Source of the DNA: Clostridia bacterium
GTDB taxonomy: Bacteria > Bacillota > Clostridia > Oscillospirales > CAG-382
Length of the DNA: 64,000 nucleotides
Direction of reading: 5' to 3'
Assembly (NCBI GenBank): GCA_017447445.1
Contig: JAFSNK010000021.1
Span: 122,514-186,513, forward strand
Below, piece by piece: positions 48,756-57,975 of this stretch. Numbering within the stretch: position 1 is the first letter of the stretch; each line of letters begins with the position of its first letter. Made by a program: the position numbers and the translations under genes. The notes under the pieces are model-generated. The model searched no databases. It saw only the letters and a program-made list of their open reading frames with translations, and was not told the DNA's origin.

Positions 48756-49928
48756 ATGAATTACGCCGAAGAATCGTTAAAAAAGCATTATGAATGGAAA
48801 GGCAAGCTGGAAACCGTGCCGAAAATGGCGGTCAATAACAGCAAAGACCTTTCGCTTGCATATACTCCCGGCGTGGCGAGCGCCTGCTTAGAGATACAGA
48901 AGGATCCCGAAAAGTCCTACGCCCTTACCGGGCGCGGGAATCTTGTGGCGGTCGTTACGGACGGCACGGCGGTGCTCGGATTGGGAGATATAGGTCCGGA
49001 AGCCGGTATGCCCGTAATGGAAGGCAAATGCGTACTTTTTAAGACCTTCGGCGGCGTCGACGCGATCCCGCTTTGTATCCGCAGCAAAGATACGGATGAG
49101 ATAGTGAACACCGTTGCCCTGCTTGCGGGCAGCTTCGGCGGTATAAATCTGGAGGACATCGCGGCTCCGCGCTGCTTCGAGATCGAAAAAAAGCTTAAAG
49201 AAAGATGCGATATACCGGTCTTTCACGACGATCAGCACGGCACGGCGGTGGTGGTGCTGGCGGCGCTGTTAAACGCGCTGAAGGTCTTGGGCAAAGAGAT
49301 CGGCAGAATAAAAGCCGTGATAAACGGAGCCGGGTCCGCCGGGATAGCAATAGCAAAACTGCTTCTGTCCGCCGGACTTAAAAACCTTGTTTTGTGCGAT
49401 AAACAAGGGATTCTCTGCGAAGGCGACGCCTCGCTCAATCCCGCGCAGGCGGAAATGGCGAAATCCACCAACCGCGAGCATAAAAACGGAACGCTGGCGG
49501 ATGCGTTTGTCGGCGCCGACCTGTTCATCGGCGTTTCCGCGGGCAACCTCGTTACGCCCGATATGGTCCGCACAATGGCGCCGGGCGCCGTTGTGTTTCC
49601 GATGGCAAACCCCACGCCGGAAATAATGCCGGAGCTAGCGCTGGAAGCCGGAGCCGCCGTGGTGGGCACCGGACGCAGCGATTACCCCAACCAGATAAAC
49701 AACGTTCTGGCGTTTCCGGGTATTTTCCGAGGCGCGCTGGACGTCCGCGCACGCGAGATCAACGAGGAAATGAAGCTTGCCGCCGCCTATGCGATCTCCG
49801 GCCTCGTTTCGCCCCGGGAGCTTTCGGCGGATCATATCCTGCCGCTCGCCTTCGATCCGCGTATCGGGCCCGCCGTGGCTTCCGCAGTCGCCGACGCCGC
49901 GCGCAGGACCGGCGTCGCAAGGATCTGA
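48756..49928 (+). CDS. NAD(P)-dependent malic enzyme
   Basis: AYTPGV, INLEDI, FHDDQHGT, GRSDYPNQINN. Confidence 0.93.
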   Translation: MNYAEESLKKHYEWKGKLETVPKMAVNNSKDLSLAYTPGVASACLEIQKDPEKSYALTGRGNLVAVVTDGTAVLGLGDIGPEAGMPVMEGKCVLFKTFGGVDAIPLCIRSKDTDEIVNTVALLAGSFGGINLEDIAAPRCFEIEKKLKERCDIPVFHDDQHGTAVVVLAALLNALKVLGKEIGRIKAVINGAGSAGIAIAKLLLSAGLKNLVLCDKQGILCEGDASLNPAQAEMAKSTNREHKNGTLADAFVGADLFIGVSAGNLVTPDMVRTMAPGAVVFPMANPTPEIMPELALEAGAAVVGTGRSDYPNQINNVLAFPGIFRGALDVRAREINEEMKLAAAYAISGLVSPRELSADHILPLAFDPRIGPAVASAVADAARRTGVARI

Positions 49929-50026
49929 TATTATTTGCGGATAAGCGGGCTTTCGCCGAAGCCCGCTTTTAGCTTTGCGAATAAAATAAATAATTCGCCG
50001 ATATACAATCTTTTGCCGCAAATCAC

Positions 50027-50055
50027 TTGACAAGCGATATTGTTTATGCTATAAT
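50027..50055 (+). promoter_or_regulatory. tRNA-Pro promoter
   Basis: TTGACA-17-TATAAT. Confidence 0.85.
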
Positions 50056-50076
50056 TCACGCGTTGACGAAAAATAT

Positions 50077-50153
50077 CTGGGTGTGGCGCAGTTTGGTAGC
50101 GCGCTACCTTGGGGTGGTAGAGGCCGCTGGTTCAAGTCCAGTCACTCAGACCA
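50077..50153 (+). tRNA. tRNA-Pro(GGG)
   Basis: Cloverleaf; anticodon arm CTACC-TTGGGGT-GGTAG; CCA end. Confidence 0.96.
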
Positions 50154-50363
50154 TGCTGAGTGTTCATAACGCAAGTGAGTTATGGACACTCAGCTTTTTT
50201 ATATTTTTTATATTTGTTACTGCTTGCAGGCTCGATTGGGCCTGCTCTTTTTCTTTCAGCGGATATTGCAGGTTAAGCGGTTTTATAAAGCGCGTAACGT
50301 AACCCACTATGACACTTTCACCCGGGCTGAAAAGATTCAATTCGGTTTATATTGATAATTCTC

Positions 50364-50556
50364 TTGATTTTAGCAAAAATATGTGCTAAAATGAATGTGC
50401 GACACAATTCTATATCGCCTCTATTAATGAGAGACCGCATTTTTATTTGGTAAAAATGCACTCTCTTTTCGTGCGTCTCTCATAGATGGCGGAATTGTGT
50501 CGCAGCAATCGGAGTTGTGCGTTTTTCGGTGCGTAGCTCCGGCTGCGCACTTTTTT
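50364..50556 (+). promoter_or_regulatory. Promoter plus structured attenuator-type leader
   Basis: TTGATT-17-TAAAAT; 13-bp stem 50398-50410/50492-50504; terminator 50529-50556 with competing strand 50511-50520. Confidence 0.72.
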
Positions 50557-50577
50557 ATTCAATAAGGAGAAAGAAAA

Positions 50578-52416
50578 ATGCAAGAACTGAAACTGACGGG
50601 CTTTCCGTCCATCGACAAGCCGTGGCTGAAATACTATAAAGAAGGCGCTGAAGAAAGAGCGCTCAATATCCCTGAAAACAAAACCGTTTGGGACGTTATT
50701 GAAGAAAAACTATATGAGCATATCAACATTCCTGCAATCGAATACTTCGGCAGAGTCATTTCTCGAAAAGAGTTTATCGACCTTGTTTATACTTGGGCAA
50801 AGGCATTCAAAGCAATGGGCGTAGAAGAAGACGAGATCGTTGCGTATTACGGCCCGTTCTTTCCTGATGTTGGCGCGATGGCGTTTGCGCTGAATATGAT
50901 CGGCGCATGCGCGTATTTCTTAAAACTTGCCATATCACCCAAAGCGCTTGCCGAAGAAACTAAGAATTGTAGATTTGCGATATGCTTTGAGGATATGTGG
51001 AAGAATGTTGCTAATGAGTTTTCAAAAGACCGTTTTAAAAATGTTATCATAATAAACGCTATAGATGGAATGGCAACACCGAAAAAACAAATTGCTTTTC
51101 TTTTGAAAAAGTTAAAGTTCAAATCAAAGAATCAATTCAATGGAGAAAAATACTTTTCTGTCAGAGAGGCAAAGAAACTAGCAAAGACATATACGGGCGT
51201 TGTTAAAGCACAGTTCGCTCCCGATCGCCCCGCTTTTATTACTTCTTCAAGCGGAACTACCGTTAATGGAGTGGTAAAGGGGTGTGTAGCAACCAACGAA
51301 TCGATTGTTTCTCAAATTTTCATAAATGTTAATTCAGAAGCTAAATGCTCCCCCGGGGATACGTGTATGACAAATTTTCCCCCAACAGCTTCGACATCTT
51401 TGGACTGCCTCTTTATAATCCCACTGTTTGAAGGGTTAACGACTATTTTTGATCCACGTGTTTCCGAAAACGATTTTTACAATCAGCTTACCCGCAAAAA
51501 GCCAAATTTAGTCATCGCCACAGGAAGTATGTGGGAAGCTTTCTTTAATACTATTTCTCAAAAGAATCATAAAAATATTGATTTAAGCCATAGTAAATCC
51601 TGGATTATTGGTGGCGAAGGAACAGATATTCAAAAATTTCGAAAATGGAATAATATAGTTTTAAAATCTAACGGAGATAAACTAACATGCGGTTATGGAT
51701 CGTCTGAACTTTTTTCTGCCATTTGTCGCTGGATGTCGTTCATTGAAAATGATTATTCAAAACCAATTATGAGCGTTGGAATTCCATATGTAGGAATTAC
51801 AGTGGGAATATTCGACAAAAACGGAAACGAGAAAAAATATAATCAACGTGGTGAACTATGGATAAAAAGCAAATCCGCGATGAAGTGCTACTACAACAAA
51901 CCGGAACTAACTTCACAGACAAAGATCGACGGCTGGATTCATACCGGTGACCTTGCAGAAATAGATGAGAACGGCTTTGTCTATATTTGGGGCAGAGTAA
52001 AAGATACTGTTGAAGACAATGTAGGAAATAAGCTGTATTTGTTCGATATAGCATATAAAATAAAAGAAAAAGACTTTATTGATGACGCGATCGTTCTGCA
52101 AATGAAAACAAACAAGGAGACTGTTTCGCTTGTTGCGCATATTGTTTGGGACGGAAATCCTTCTGTTGAGGAACAAAAAAAGCATTTTAAAGAACTCAAT
52201 GCGCTTATGGAGGACTACCTTCCGTCGACTTTTGAAATGGCGGCGTATTCCGTCCACAATATTATGCTGCCGTATTCGCCGACTACCTTGAAAAAAGACA
52301 AAAACCGCCTGTCAAAACAAACAGACGGATATATTCAGGTGATTGACGGCGAAATCAAAAACATTAATTTCGTGATGGGTGATAACGATAAATACAAAAT
52401 GATTATCAAGGATTAA
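50578..52416 (+). CDS. Class I adenylate-forming (AMP-binding) enzyme
   Basis: TSSSGTT..KG, GYGSSE, WIHTGD, GR.KD; AAGGAG RBS. Confidence 0.85.
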   Translation: MQELKLTGFPSIDKPWLKYYKEGAEERALNIPENKTVWDVIEEKLYEHINIPAIEYFGRVISRKEFIDLVYTWAKAFKAMGVEEDEIVAYYGPFFPDVGAMAFALNMIGACAYFLKLAISPKALAEETKNCRFAICFEDMWKNVANEFSKDRFKNVIIINAIDGMATPKKQIAFLLKKLKFKSKNQFNGEKYFSVREAKKLAKTYTGVVKAQFAPDRPAFITSSSGTTVNGVVKGCVATNESIVSQIFINVNSEAKCSPGDTCMTNFPPTASTSLDCLFIIPLFEGLTTIFDPRVSENDFYNQLTRKKPNLVIATGSMWEAFFNTISQKNHKNIDLSHSKSWIIGGEGTDIQKFRKWNNIVLKSNGDKLTCGYGSSELFSAICRWMSFIENDYSKPIMSVGIPYVGITVGIFDKNGNEKKYNQRGELWIKSKSAMKCYYNKPELTSQTKIDGWIHTGDLAEIDENGFVYIWGRVKDTVEDNVGNKLYLFDIAYKIKEKDFIDDAIVLQMKTNKETVSLVAHIVWDGNPSVEEQKKHFKELNALMEDYLPSTFEMAAYSVHNIMLPYSPTTLKKDKNRLSKQTDGYIQVIDGEIKNINFVMGDNDKYKMIIKD

Positions 52417-52501
52417 ATCGATTACCACGCACTTGAAAAACAGGTGGAAGAAATGAGCAAGAGATGAGAAATTTTCACTTGCGTTATGAACAATCGGACC
52501 A

Positions 52502-52538
52502 AAAATCCTCGGATCCGTCTGGGATCCGGGGATTTTTT
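52502..52538 (+). terminator. Intrinsic terminator (probably the original tRNA-Pro terminator)
   Basis: AAAATCCTCGGATCC-GTCTG-GGATCCGGGGATTTTTTT. Confidence 0.8.
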
Positions 52539-52630
52539 TGTTTTGAGAACTTTTTTCTTTGCTATTAGATTTTACCTCTTGCCCCAAAAAACTCAGCGCC
52601 GCCGGGCGCAGTCAAAATGCCGGAAACAGA

Positions 52631-52659
52631 TTGACTTTTCGCCGGAAAAACGTTATACT
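52631..52659 (+). promoter_or_regulatory. Sigma-A promoter
   Basis: TTGACT-17-TATACT. Confidence 0.7.
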
Positions 52660-52843
52660 GTTTTGGTATAAAAGGTTTTTAACAGGTGTCAGCCGGATCC
52701 CGCGGAGCGGGGCGATCACATCCCCGGAGCGGGATAAAACCGTAAGGGCGCAGCCGGTTTTATGACTGATGACAGCGAAGAGATATACAAATGCAACGCG
52801 ACGCATCGTCCGTATATTCAACTATGTATGGGGGAATTGAAAC

Positions 52844-54556
52844 ATGAACAAGAATCCAACCGACAGCAATGCAAAAAAGAGCAATCGTCTGCCCGTTATA
52901 ATCGGAGCGGTCGTATTATTGATCATCATCATTATAGTTCTTGCGGTCTGTCTGAACAAATGCGGCGGCGAAACGAACGATCCGTCCGGAGCTCGATCCG
53001 ACGGATCGATAACGGATGATTCCGGATCCGCCGCGTCCGCGGAAACGCCGGGCGCGGAGTCCGGTACGGAGACCGGTACGGAGTCTGAAACGGTTTCCGG
53101 CACTTCTTCCGACGACTCGCCGGCTCACGTTCACACTTTCGGGGACTGGACGGTTTTGAAGGAGCCCGACTGCCTTACTCCCGGCGCGCGCGAGCGCGTT
53201 TGCTCCGCCTGCGGCGAGAAACAGACCGAGGAGCTGTCGCCGCTGGGGCACGAAGGGCACAATAACGAATGTATAAGATGCGGCAAAAAGGCGCTGACGG
53301 CAGATCATATTGGTTTTGCGCCCTATCCCTACGGCGACGGGATGTGGATAACGAGCGTTCACGGTCTGGACGATTCCGATCTGCTGATCCCGGACGTTCT
53401 GGACGGGCAAAGCGTTACCTGCATCGCGGCGCAAGTCTTTGAAGAGAACGAAACGATCGAGACGGTCTCGCTGCCCGACAGCGTCACGCAATTGGGGACC
53501 TTCACGTTTTACCTCTGCCCGAACCTGCGGATGATCCGTTTCGGCAAAAACATCGGCAATCAGTACACCTCGATCACCGGATACTGTCCGAATATCGATT
53601 ATCTGGTCGTCCCGCCCGAAAACACGCTGCTCCACAGCGATCACAACTGCGTGATCGAGACCGAGAGCAAAAGGCTTTTGTACGGGTGCCGCAACAGCAT
53701 CATCCCCGACGACGGAAGCGTTTTGATCCTCGAATACACGTCGTTTCAAGACTGCACGGGACTGACGTCGATAGTCGTTCCGTCGCCCGTGACCACGATC
53801 GAGAATTGCGCTTTCAACAGTTGTGAGAGTCTCGTTTCCATCGAGATCTCCGACAGCGTCACGTCGATCGGAGAGGAAACGTTTTTATTCTGCAAATCCC
53901 TGAAAAACGTGCGCCTGCCCGCGCACCTGAAGGAACTGAATACAGAACTGTTCGAGTTCTGCGAATCACTTGAAGAGATCACGATCCCGGACGAAGTCGA
54001 AGAAATCTACAGCGGGTGTTTCTACGGATGCACGGCGCTCAAAACCGTCCGTCTGCCGGAAAGTCTGAAAACGATCGGCAATTATGCGTTCCAGAAATGT
54101 TCGTCGCTCGAAAGCATCACGCTTCCCTCGGGGCTCACGCATCTCGGAGAGGCGTTCAAGGAGTGCTCGTCGCTGAAATCGATAGTCATTCCCGACGGCG
54201 TGGAGGAACTGTTCACCGGCGCGTTCATCGACTGTACGTCGCTGACCGACGTAAAACTGCCGAAGGACCTGATCAGGGTCCCGAGACTCCTATTCAGCGG
54301 CTGTACGTCGCTGACCTCAGTCGCAATCACGAACGGCAACGAGATCGAGGAGTACGCGTTTTCCGGCTGCACGGCGCTTAAGAGCGTTACGATACCCGCG
54401 TCGGTCAAATACATAAAACAGGACATTTTCGAAAACTGCACGTCGCTTAAAAGCATTAACTATAGGGGCAGCGCGGAGGACTGGACGAAGATCCGCATCA
54501 GCTCTTCCAACGACGTGCTTGAACGCCTCTCGATCGTATACGATTATAAGGAATAA
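52844..54556 (+). CDS. BspA-like (LRR_5) surface protein with N-terminal TM anchor
   Basis: Repeated FxxCxSLxSIxxPxxVxxI; HVHTFGDW..C..RVCSACGE module. Confidence 0.88.
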   Translation: MNKNPTDSNAKKSNRLPVIIGAVVLLIIIIIVLAVCLNKCGGETNDPSGARSDGSITDDSGSAASAETPGAESGTETGTESETVSGTSSDDSPAHVHTFGDWTVLKEPDCLTPGARERVCSACGEKQTEELSPLGHEGHNNECIRCGKKALTADHIGFAPYPYGDGMWITSVHGLDDSDLLIPDVLDGQSVTCIAAQVFEENETIETVSLPDSVTQLGTFTFYLCPNLRMIRFGKNIGNQYTSITGYCPNIDYLVVPPENTLLHSDHNCVIETESKRLLYGCRNSIIPDDGSVLILEYTSFQDCTGLTSIVVPSPVTTIENCAFNSCESLVSIEISDSVTSIGEETFLFCKSLKNVRLPAHLKELNTELFEFCESLEEITIPDEVEEIYSGCFYGCTALKTVRLPESLKTIGNYAFQKCSSLESITLPSGLTHLGEAFKECSSLKSIVIPDGVEELFTGAFIDCTSLTDVKLPKDLIRVPRLLFSGCTSLTSVAITNGNEIEEYAFSGCTALKSVTIPASVKYIKQDIFENCTSLKSINYRGSAEDWTKIRISSSNDVLERLSIVYDYKE

Positions 54557-54672
54557 ACCGTTAAAACACCTGCAAAACGGCTGCGCGCCGTAAGAAAACA
54601 GCGCTCCCGCCGCACGGCTCCGCCGGAAGGCGGCTTTGGGAATCGCTGAACTTTGCGAAGGAGGAACGATAT

Positions 54673-54996
54673 ATGAAAAAGACAATAATGCTGAAACCGA
54701 TCGCGCTTTTACTTGCGGCAGTAATGCTGCTGTCGCTTTACGCCTGCGGATCGGAAAAAAAGCCCGGCGGCAAGACCGAACAAGCAAGTATAAGCTCGCT
54801 GTACGATTACGCCAAGAGTCTGGAAGCGGCGGGCAACAGCGAAGCCGCGGCGGCGGTATATGAACTGATCGCCCGGGGCGGCGGCGCGGAGCTTATTGAA
54901 AAAGCGCACGATGATATCCCGGCGGTAAGGTCCTCCGACGAGATCGGACAAATCGAAGAAGTGTTCGACCACGTGAAAGGAGGCGGCGGAAAATGA
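54673..54996 (+). CDS. Small lipoprotein, helical/TPR-like
   Basis: Lipobox LYAC; GGAGG RBS; overlaps next gene. Confidence 0.65.
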   Translation: MKKTIMLKPIALLLAAVMLLSLYACGSEKKPGGKTEQASISSLYDYAKSLEAAGNSEAAAAVYELIARGGGAELIEKAHDDIPAVRSSDEIGQIEEVFDHVKGGGGK

Positions 54997-56561
54997 AAAA
55001 AGTTTTCGCGCTCCTTGTAACGTTTTTCTTGCTCTTTTCCGCTTTTGCGGCGTCTGCCGTTTGCGTTTCGGCGGCGGACGGCGACGAAGGGATCGGCGTT
55101 CCCGACGATGCGTTCGACGGCGGTTATACCGAGTATAAAGGCAGCGACGGATCGGTAACGCGGGTGTTCGATAACGGCAGCGTAAGCACCAAAAACAAGG
55201 ACGGCTCCGTACACGCGGTCGATTATAAAGGAAACACTTATTCCGAAAATACCGACGGCAGCTCCACCATCCGCACTACCGACGGATTTGTCGCCACGGA
55301 ATACAATGACGGCAGGAAGAGTCTGACCGAACCGAACGGAAAGACGACGACGGTGAACAGCGACGGTTCGTTTTCGGAAAGCTACGGCGTGGGACTGACG
55401 CTTGATTATGACGCGGACGGCGGACTGACCGGCGTCGGGATAACCGGAAGCGACGAACGGATAGGTACCGACGAGAACGGTTATTATAAAAACGGCGTAA
55501 TAATCGGCCCGAACGGTTCAATGCTTACCGTTACCGACGAAGGGATGCGGTTTGTGAACAAAGACGGCACCGTTTATGACCACACCGATCTCGGGAACAA
55601 ACAAACGACTTCCATCGAATGGAAAGACGGGTCCCATTGCACGTCGGAAACGACGGTTTCGTGGAACGGCAATGAAAAAACCGAAAATACCGATTTTTCG
55701 CTTACCGACGCAAACGGCGAGCAGTGGAATGCAAACGTCCAAACGAGTTTTGATGAAAACGGCGAGCCGAAATATATTAAAAACAACGTGGTGCAGTGGA
55801 CCAGCTCCGACGGCTCGTCGCTCTGGATGGACAACAATTCCGAGGCGATGAACTTCCGCGGCAAGGACGGGACCGTTATGGTCGTCGACAGCAGCGGCAA
55901 CCTTACCGAATATAAGGACAGTAATACCGTATGGAACGTTAAGTATGACGAAAACGGAAACGTCGAATCGGCGGATATTACTTTCTCCGACGGCGCCAAG
56001 ATGATAAAGAACGCCGACGGAACCGCGTCGTTTACATTGCCGGACGGCACAAAATATGAGTCCGACTCCGACGGAAACGTTTTTAAAAACGGCGAGCAGA
56101 TCAAAAAAGACGGTCAATGGCTGCCCGGAAAGGAAGAAAGCGAAAAAGCGCCGGATGAAAGCGGTCAAAGCGAGCAAAGCAGTCAAAGCGAGCAAAGCGG
56201 GCAAAGCGAACTTGCCGGATGGAACGGCACATTTAACGGAACTGCGCTCCCGAAGCCCGAAACTAAAGGCACCATTACAGAATGGACGGTAAAACGCGAT
56301 TCGGTCACGATCCGCATCGACGGGATGAGCTATCAGGAGTATATCGACTATTGCCGGAAGCTCGAAGCACTTCCGGGCTGGACAGTCTACGGAGGCGAGG
56401 ACACGGCGCATTTGCCAAACGACTACAACGAACGGGCGAAGGTCTATTTTACCGGTGAATACAGCAATCTGCCGCATATCTCCGTGCAGTATTACAGCGA
56501 CAAGACGTGTCAGCACAACAAGCTTCCGCACTTCTGTATGTTCGTATTCTACGAATGGTAA
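54993..56561 (+). CDS. Secreted protein with DG/NG beta-hairpin repeats
   Basis: Signal peptide; many ~11-aa xDG/xNG repeats; SGQSEQ linker; distinct C-terminal domain. Confidence 0.7.
   Translation: MKKVFALLVTFFLLFSAFAASAVCVSAADGDEGIGVPDDAFDGGYTEYKGSDGSVTRVFDNGSVSTKNKDGSVHAVDYKGNTYSENTDGSSTIRTTDGFVATEYNDGRKSLTEPNGKTTTVNSDGSFSESYGVGLTLDYDADGGLTGVGITGSDERIGTDENGYYKNGVIIGPNGSMLTVTDEGMRFVNKDGTVYDHTDLGNKQTTSIEWKDGSHCTSETTVSWNGNEKTENTDFSLTDANGEQWNANVQTSFDENGEPKYIKNNVVQWTSSDGSSLWMDNNSEAMNFRGKDGTVMVVDSSGNLTEYKDSNTVWNVKYDENGNVESADITFSDGAKMIKNADGTASFTLPDGTKYESDSDGNVFKNGEQIKKDGQWLPGKEESEKAPDESGQSEQSSQSEQSGQSELAGWNGTFNGTALPKPETKGTITEWTVKRDSVTIRIDGMSYQEYIDYCRKLEALPGWTVYGGEDTAHLPNDYNERAKVYFTGEYSNLPHISVQYYSDKTCQHNKLPHFCMFVFYEW
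56160..56211 (+). repeat. 18-nt tandem repeat x3 (SGQSEQ-like)
   Basis: AGCGGTCAAAGCGAGCAA-AGCAGTCAAAGCGAGCAA-AGCGGGCAAAGCGAAC. Confidence 0.75.
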
Positions 56562-56607
56562 AAACGAGCAGATACACTTTTAGCGCAAAATAAGAAGAAT
56601 AAATCAA

Positions 56608-56650
56608 AGAGCCGCAAAACCTTTTAGATTTCAAGGTTTTACGGCTCTCT
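56608..56650. terminator. Hairpin between convergent genes
   Basis: AGAGCCGCAAAACCTT..AAGGTTTTACGGCTCT; pairing extends imperfectly over ~56568-56690. Confidence 0.6.
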
Positions 56651-56699
56651 TATTCTATTGCGCGTTAAACGTATCTGTGCTTACGGAGCGATCACGCCG

Positions 56700-57974
56700 T
56701 CAGACTTTCAGAGCGCCCGTGCCGATGATCCGCCCGGAGATCCGGCTGAACAGCATGAGCCCGTTGCCCTTGAATCTTACGTTGACCTTGCTCCCGATTT
56801 CGTATGTAACGCCGCCGAAAACGACGCCGGTCAGCAGGAAGTTGCCTATACGGAGACGTACCGTAGTCTCCATACCGGTCGGCATCGCGCTGTAGATCTC
56901 GGCCTCTATCCCGCCGTCGTCACATATTTCGATCATTTCCGGACGCACGCCGATAACGTAATCGTTCTCAGTCGGCTCCGCGTCCTGTTTCGCGGAATCG
57001 TCGACCATAGCAACGTGATATTTGAATACGGTATCCTTGTTGCCCTTTTCAACGTGTTTTTTGTTCTTTGCGAGCTCCGCTTTCGCAGCTGCGCGTTCGG
57101 CGTCCGCCTTCTTTTCGGCTTCCCGCCAATTTGCGATGTCGATCGGTTCGGCAAAGCTGAAGGTCGCCTTTTTATCGTCCAGGACGGTGAAGTCCATACT
57201 GCCTTCGTTTTGCGTACCCACGGCGTCAATGAAATTGATCGACGGGCTGCCGACGAAGTCCGCGACGAACAGATTGTTCGGCTTGCCGTAGACTTTAAGC
57301 GGAGGATCGTACTGCTGAAGCACGCCGTTTTCGATCAGACATATCTTTGTCGCAAGCGTCATTGCTTCCATCTGGTCGTGAGTGACGTATACGAAGGTCC
57401 TGCCCGTGGTGAGGTGGAGACGCTGCAGCTCGGAACGCATTTCCAGGCGAAGCTTGGCATCGAGGTTGGACAGCGGCTCGTCCATAAAGATCACCTCCGG
57501 CTCGGGAGCCAGGGTACGGGCTATCGCGACGCGTTGCTGCTGACCTCCGGAGAGTTCGGACGGATATCTGTCAAGGAACATTTCGATCTTGACGACGCGC
57601 GCGACGCGCTGAACGATCTCGTCGATCTCCTGCTTGGTGTACTTTTTGAGGTTCTTCAAGCCGAAGGAGATGTTCTGATAAACGGTCATATTGGGCCACA
57701 AAGCGTAGTTCTGGAAGAGGAATCCCACGTGCCGCTTGTTGGCGGGTACGTTTATTCCCTTCTCGGAGTCGAATACCACGGTGTCGCCGATCTCGATGCG
57801 GCCCGAAGTCGGCGTTTCGAGACCCGCGATCATACGCAGGGTGGTCGTTTTGCCGCAGCCCGAGGGACCGAGCAGCGTAACGAAGGAGCAATCGTCGATC
57901 ACCAGATCGAGGTGGTCGACCGCATAAAAGTCGCCCCAGCGTTTTGTTATGTCAGTCAATACTATTTTCGGCAT
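56700..57974 (-). CDS. ABC transporter ATP-binding protein (FbpC/MalK-like)
   Basis: GPSGCGKTT, LSGGQQQR, FMDEP. Confidence 0.93.
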   Translation of the reverse strand: MPKIVLTDITKRWGDFYAVDHLDLVIDDCSFVTLLGPSGCGKTTTLRMIAGLETPTSGRIEIGDTVVFDSEKGINVPANKRHVGFLFQNYALWPNMTVYQNISFGLKNLKKYTKQEIDEIVQRVARVVKIEMFLDRYPSELSGGQQQRVAIARTLAPEPEVIFMDEPLSNLDAKLRLEMRSELQRLHLTTGRTFVYVTHDQMEAMTLATKICLIENGVLQQYDPPLKVYGKPNNLFVADFVGSPSINFIDAVGTQNEGSMDFTVLDDKKATFSFAEPIDIANWREAEKKADAERAAAKAELAKNKKHVEKGNKDTVFKYHVAMVDDSAKQDAEPTENDYVIGVRPEMIEICDDGGIEAEIYSAMPTGMETTVRLRIGNFLLTGVVFGGVTYEIGSKVNVRFKGNGLMLFSRISGRIIGTGALKV

Positions 57975-57975
57975 A

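Larger units (their letters stand above)
50154..52501 (+). mobile_element. Non-autonomous integrated mini-element at the tRNA-Pro 3' end
   Basis: Direct repeat TCAGACCA (50146-50153) / TCGGACCA (52494-52501); perfect 18-bp inverted arms at 50161-50178 and 52475-52492; AT-rich cargo; terminator immediately after the right end. Confidence 0.75.

Noticed and set aside
50370-50389. CIRCE element (TTAGCA...TGCTAA)
   Set aside because: Lacks the CTC/GAG inner bases and N9 spacing; downstream gene is not a chaperone
54641-54650. AATCGCTGAA resembling the start of a c-di-AMP riboswitch
   Set aside because: Rest of the aptamer is absent; the RBS follows immediately
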